Positions 59,593 through 64,000 of a stretch of DNA of 64,000 bases are shown here, one piece after another (within the stretch, counting starts at the first letter, position 1; each line of letters opens with the position of its first letter). The stretch comes from Nitrospinaceae bacterium. GTDB taxonomy: Bacteria; Nitrospinota; Nitrospinia; Nitrospinales; Nitrospinaceae. The DNA is taken from NCBI GenBank assembly GCA_965237905.1, contig OZ250172.1, positions 1,824,001 to 1,888,000 on the forward strand, written 5' to 3'. The position numbers and the translations under genes were made by a program. The notes under the pieces were generated by a model. That model was not told where the DNA came from and did no database searches. It was given only the letters and a program-made list of their open reading frames with translations.

Positions 59593-60318
59593 TTACTTGT
59601 AAATCGATACGCTGATGGCGCCGCCCAGTTGGCCTTCCAAGCCGGGCATCTTGCTGGCGTGAATCTTGGCGCCGGCTTTACCTCCGTGGCAACCCATACA
59701 ACCCTTCTTGTAATACTCAGGCGAAATCAAGCGGAACGCTTTTTTGCCATTGTGCTTGGACACCTGGGAGAAAGATTTCCCCTTTTTCCAGCCTTTTTTC
59801 AGAAATTTCCCATCGATAACGCCTTTTTCCCAGGCATCGGCTTTGTTGGAAGCGTTCACCAGGTATTCATCGCGTGTGGTGAGTTTCAGGGTCATGTGGC
59901 CTCCCGAAACCTGGCCGAACTTGGCCGCCGCTTTCCGGGCAAAGATAGCCGGTAGAAAACGCCCCTGCGGGTCCAGCGCCGTGTCTTTGCCGCTGACCAC
60001 GTCACCAACTACCTGTTCGATGGCCTTGATCAGCTGATCCTGGGCCTTGCCTACATTGCCACTACCCTTCTTGAACTTTTTGCCGGTGGCTTTTTCGTAG
60101 TTGTTGTAAGTGATCGACAGAAACTTATCGACGTCGATACCGGCTCCCTTGGGATTCTTAATCAGAGGTTTGTTTTGAACCAAAACCGCGCGGGATGCTT
60201 TGAGTAGAGTGGTGAGCTCATTGGCGACGGCTTCGTCTTCACCGGACCACGCAGGCGTGACCCCTAAACCCATGACAAAACCTAGTAGAATTACGAATGA
60301 AACGAACTTGTTGGTCAT
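59593..60318 (-). CDS. DUF3365/Tll0287-like exported heme c protein
   Basis: Signal peptide, LPAIFAR, NKADAWE, PEYY..GCMGCHG (CxxCH), LGGAISV; GGGGG RBS before ATG 60318. Confidence 0.8.
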   Translation of the reverse strand: MTNKFVSFVILLGFVMGLGVTPAWSGEDEAVANELTTLLKASRAVLVQNKPLIKNPKGAGIDVDKFLSITYNNYEKATGKKFKKGSGNVGKAQDQLIKAIEQVVGDVVSGKDTALDPQGRFLPAIFARKAAAKFGQVSGGHMTLKLTTRDEYLVNASNKADAWEKGVIDGKFLKKGWKKGKSFSQVSKHNGKKAFRLISPEYYKKGCMGCHGGKAGAKIHASKMPGLEGQLGGAISVSIYK

Positions 60319-60521
60319 ACAATACCCCCCTTCATTCAGGTTATAAGGCATGAGACGAACAGCTCTATCTGGAAGGACGATCGAATAATGAATCAATCCT
60401 ACGTGTTTGGCAACGACTATTTTGCCCCTCTATTTTAGCAAGCCTATTTTCAAAGTTTTCTGCGCGGGCTCACGGTTTGACACGCCTGATAAAAGGTGAT
60501 TTAATCGATGCCTCAATATAC

Positions 60522-60601
60522 GCGAGGGTGGCGGAACTGGCAGACGCGCTGGTTTTAGGAACCAGTGGGCAACCGTGGGGGTTCGAATCCCCCCCTTCGC
60601 A
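60522..60601 (+). tRNA. tRNA-Leu (anticodon TAG), CCA not encoded
   Basis: Acceptor GCGAGGG/CCTTCGC+A, D-arm GGCGGAACTGGCAGACGC, anticodon arm CTGGT-TTTAGGA-ACCAG, variable arm, GGTTCGAATCC. Confidence 0.95.
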
Positions 60602-60634
60602 TAGGCAAATTAAACCTATAAAATACAAATACTT

Positions 60635-61972
60635 ATGAAATGTGAAGTCGAGGAAATTGACGCCTGCAACCGCAAGCTGAAGATCGAAATTCCGCTGGGC
60701 GATTACCAGTCCAAGCTCAAGGCCTACTATCAAAAGCTGGGCCGCGAGGTGAAGGTTCCCGGATTCCGCCCCGGCAAGGTGCCGGCGTCTATCATGGAAA
60801 AGCGCTTCGGGCCGGAGGTCAAACAGGAGGTGCTGACGCAGATGGTTTCGGACAGTATCAGCCAGGGCATCCAGGACAACAAATTGCGGGCAATGGGCGA
60901 CCCGTCCATCGTCGAGATCAATGCCGAAGAGGGTACGGACATCAATGTGACCGCCAACGTCGAGGTCCTTCCAGATATAGAGATCAATGATTACAAAGAT
61001 TTGGAAGTCAGCCTGAAAATTCCCAAAATCACCGATGAGGATGTCGACAAGATGATCGAGGCCTACCGCCAGCAGAAGGCAGAATCCGTCCAAGTGACCG
61101 ACCGTGCCTCGCAGAAGGATGACCTCATCAAAATCAATTTCGATTGCTCCGTCGACGGCCAGCCCATCGAGGAGGGTTCCGCCAAGGATTACGTTATCCA
61201 AATCGGTGCCAAGAATCTGGTCGAGGGATTTGACGAACAGGTCACCGGCATGCAATTGGACGAGGAGCGGACCTTTCAGCTAGCCATGCCGAAGGACCAC
61301 CCCAATGCCGCCATCGGTGGTAAGGAAGTCGAGTTCAAGGTACTCCTGACAGGAATTCAGATCAAGGAGTTGCCGGAGGTGAACGACGAGTTCGCTCAGA
61401 CCGCCGACCCGAAGAAGGTCTATAACAATGTCGAGGAAATGCGCCAGGGCATTCGCGACGATTTGTTGGCCTACGAGCGCACTCAGGCCAAAAAAGCCTC
61501 CCGCAAGGAAATGGAGGAGAAGCTGGGCGAGGCCAATCCCATCAATATTCCGGAAAAGCTGGTGAAGGAGCAGATTGCCTTCATGGTGAACAAGGAGCAA
61601 CAGGCCGCCACCGGCAATCCGGTGGATACTTCAGCGGAAGGCGCCCAGACTGCGGACACGATCACTCCTGAAGATGAGAAAAAGCACCGCGAGGCAGCCA
61701 TCAAAATTCTCCAGCAGGAGCTGGTCATCGGGCAGTTGTCCGACGATTTCAACATGGAAGTCAGCGAACAGGATCTCAACCGGGAGATGGCAAGCTTTGC
61801 GCAGATTATGGGAAGCGACCTGAAGAAGCTGAAAAAGGAATGGTCCGAGTCCGGAGCCCTGTTGAGATTGCATTCCCGGATGCGGCGCGAGAAAACCCTG
61901 GACCGGTTGATCGATCAGGTGAAGGTCACCGAAGAAATGGTTGACAGAAGTGAGTTGGAAGTCAATAATTAA
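60635..61972 (+). CDS. tig: Trigger factor
   Basis: VPGFRPGKVP signature, FKBP domain, ELPEVNDEFA; upstream of clpP. Confidence 0.93.
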   Translation: MKCEVEEIDACNRKLKIEIPLGDYQSKLKAYYQKLGREVKVPGFRPGKVPASIMEKRFGPEVKQEVLTQMVSDSISQGIQDNKLRAMGDPSIVEINAEEGTDINVTANVEVLPDIEINDYKDLEVSLKIPKITDEDVDKMIEAYRQQKAESVQVTDRASQKDDLIKINFDCSVDGQPIEEGSAKDYVIQIGAKNLVEGFDEQVTGMQLDEERTFQLAMPKDHPNAAIGGKEVEFKVLLTGIQIKELPEVNDEFAQTADPKKVYNNVEEMRQGIRDDLLAYERTQAKKASRKEMEEKLGEANPINIPEKLVKEQIAFMVNKEQQAATGNPVDTSAEGAQTADTITPEDEKKHREAAIKILQQELVIGQLSDDFNMEVSEQDLNREMASFAQIMGSDLKKLKKEWSESGALLRLHSRMRREKTLDRLIDQVKVTEEMVDRSELEVNN

Positions 61973-62097
61973 AGAAGATACCGATTTATCGACCGGCTAG
62001 CCAGGCTTGCCATACCACCTGTTTCCGGTGCGTGGTGCCGGATTTTTGAACAGGCCCAATCTGATCCTACCATCCTTTACAGAAAGCGAACAATTAG

Positions 62098-62754
62098 ATG
62101 ACAAGTAGCGAGACTTACAATTCGATTACGAACCAACTGGTACCGATCGTGGTCGAGCAGACCAGCCGCGGCGAACGATCTTACGATATCTATTCCCGCC
62201 TGCTGAAGGACCGCATTATTTTCATAGGAACGCAGGTGGAAGACCACATGGCCAACCTGATCATCGCACAATTGCTGTTTCTGGAATCTGACGAACCGGA
62301 TCAGGACATTTATCTTTACATCAATAGCCCCGGCGGGCACGTTTCTTCCGGGCTGGCGATTTATGATACCATGCAGTATATCAAGCCGGATGTGCAGACC
62401 ATCTGCCTGGGGCAGGCCGCCAGTATGGGCGCTCTGTTGCTGGCCGCCGGTGCCAAGGGGAAACGCTATACCCTGCCCAATTCGCGAATCATGATTCACC
62501 AACCGTCCGGCGGATTTCAGGGCCAAAGTACCGATATCCAGATCCAGGCCAAGGAAATTTTAATGATACGGGAGAGACTGGATGACATCTTGTCCAAGCA
62601 TACCGGTCAGTCCAAGGACAAGGTCCGTGTGGATACGGAACGGGATAATTTCATGACCGGCGAAGAAGCCAAAGAATACGGTCTCATCGATAGTGTGATC
62701 GCTAACCGTATCGAAGCGCACAAGGGTAGTAAAGACAAGAAAGATAAAAAATAA
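62098..62754 (+). CDS. clpP: ATP-dependent Clp protease proteolytic subunit
   Basis: [36 protein letters not shown]. Confidence 0.97.
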   Translation: MTSSETYNSITNQLVPIVVEQTSRGERSYDIYSRLLKDRIIFIGTQVEDHMANLIIAQLLFLESDEPDQDIYLYINSPGGHVSSGLAIYDTMQYIKPDVQTICLGQAASMGALLLAAGAKGKRYTLPNSRIMIHQPSGGFQGQSTDIQIQAKEILMIRERLDDILSKHTGQSKDKVRVDTERDNFMTGEEAKEYGLIDSVIANRIEAHKGSKDKKDKK

Positions 62755-62803
62755 AATCCATCAACCGATTGGACGGGACATCCCAATACAATTGGAGGAC
62801 TGA

Positions 62804-64000
62804 ATGGCAAAGAAAAGTTCTGCTTCTGGAAATTACCGTTGTTCTTTCTGTGGCAAAAGCCAGGAGGAAGTTAAAAAGCTGATCGCGGGCCCCACGGTTT
62901 ACATCTGTGACGAGTGTATCGAGCTGTGTAATGAAATCATGGTGGAGGAGTGGGCTCAGGAAAAGAGCGAAGACTTCAAACACCTGCTCAAACCCAAGGA
63001 GATTTTCAAGCACCTCGACCAGTACATCATCAGCCAGGAGCGGTGCAAAAAGATTTTATCTGTTGCCGTTCACAACCATTTCAAGCGGGTCGATTCCAAT
63101 GTCGACCTGGAAGATGTCGAACTGCAGAAAAGCAATGTTCTGCTGATTGGCCCCACCGGTTCCGGGAAAACGCTGATGGCTCAAACCCTGGCCAAAATCC
63201 TCGACGTGCCGTTTACCATCGTCGATGCCACCACGCTGACTGAAGCCGGTTATGTGGGTGAAGATGTCGAAAACATCATTCTCAAACTTCTGCAGGCGGC
63301 GGATTACGATGTGGAGAAGGCCGAGCGCGGCATCATCTATATCGATGAAGTGGATAAGATCAGCAGAAAATCTGAAAATCCGTCGATCACCCGCGACGTG
63401 TCCGGCGAGGGTGTGCAACAAGCCTTACTGAAGATCATCGAAGGCACCCAGGCGAGTGTGCCTCCGCAAGGCGGCCGCAAACATCCACATCAGGAGTTCC
63501 TGCAGGTCAATACCACCAACATCCTGTTCGTCTGCGGCGGCGCTTTCGTGGGCCTGGATAAAATCATCCGCAACCGTATCGGTAAAAAAATGCTGGGATT
63601 CGGACAGGAGCTGGTTACCAAGGAATCCAAGGATATATCTGAAACTCTGGCACAGGTGGAGCCGGAAGATCTGCTCAAATACGGACTCATCCCGGAATTC
63701 GTGGGACGCCTTTCCATCACCGCCACCTTGAGCGAACTCGACGTGGAGGGCTTGGTGAAAGTGCTGACGGAACCGAAGAACGCGCTGGTCAAGCAGTACA
63801 AGAAGCTGTTCGAATTTGAAAACGTGAAGTTGAAATTTACTGACGGTGCTATCCGCGCAGTCGCCGAAAAAGCCTTCAAGCGCAAAACCGGTGCGCGCGG
63901 TCTCCGATCCATCCTCGAAGATATCATGCTGGATATCATGTACGACCTGCCCTCGAGTGAAGATGTCGAGGAAGTCGCCATCAACGAAGAGGTCATCAAC
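62804..64000 (+). CDS. clpX: ATP-dependent Clp protease ATP-binding subunit ClpX (partial, runs off right edge)
   Basis: Manual translation from ATG 62804 after [62 protein letters not shown]. Confidence 0.95.
   Translation, partial: MAKKSSASGNYRCSFCGKSQEEVKKLIAGPTVYICDECIELCNEIMVEEWAQEKSEDFKHLLKPKEIFKHLDQYIISQERCKKILSVAVHNHFKRVDSNVDLEDVELQKSNVLLIGPTGSGKTLMAQTLAKILDVPFTIVDATTLTEAGYVGEDVENIILKLLQAADYDVEKAERGIIYIDEVDKISRKSENPSITRDVSGEGVQQALLKIIEGTQASVPPQGGRKHPHQEFLQVNTTNILFVCGGAFVGLDKIIRNRIGKKMLGFGQELVTKESKDISETLAQVEPEDLLKYGLIPEFVGRLSITATLSELDVEGLVKVLTEPKNALVKQYKKLFEFENVKLKFTDGAIRAVAEKAFKRKTGARGLRSILEDIMLDIMYDLPSSEDVEEVAINEEVIN

Noticed and set aside
60522..60634. tRNA-Leu as an integration site
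   Set aside because: No duplicated tRNA 3' end or integrase was seen; tRNA-Leu-tig-clpP-clpX is a common arrangement

Overview
Chromosomal window from a Gram-negative bacterium with moderately high GC. Gene content and order suggest Nitrospinota (Nitrospina-like); this is my inference and was not searched. Most of the window is housekeeping: metH; clpC-bamA-skp-fabZ-lpxA-(Gfo/Idh/MocA)-lpxI-lpxB; glnB-glnA-glnE; apgM-like-lysC-cimA; a GH57 branching enzyme; hldD; def-fmt-uxs-radC-gmhA-hldE; elbB; a glmM-like/glmU-like pair; tRNA-Leu-tig-clpP-clpX. The best candidate for an undescribed system is a tightly coupled three-gene minus-strand operon (40391-45058). It encodes (1) a TPR-S-like + SLOG-like + class III nucleotide cyclase fusion with non-canonical base-specificity residues, (2) an orphan membrane-anchored PhnD-like periplasmic binding protein, and (3) a multipass PAP2-like protein with a catalytic His changed to Pro, fused to a SARM1-like TIR domain that keeps its catalytic Glu. 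An Apyc1-like MBL cyclic-nucleotide phosphodiesterase lies about 5 kb from this operon. Other oddities: a 94-bp multi-hairpin tandem array between glnE and cimA, an apparently catalytically dead ApgM paralogue coupled to lysC, a duplicated small domain in front of a YjgN/M48 pair, nested REP-like palindromes, and a sigma54/IHF/enhancer-like promoter upstream of glnB-glnA. No CRISPR array, rRNA, transposase or integrase was seen. All domain calls come from recognising motifs by eye, not from database searches.
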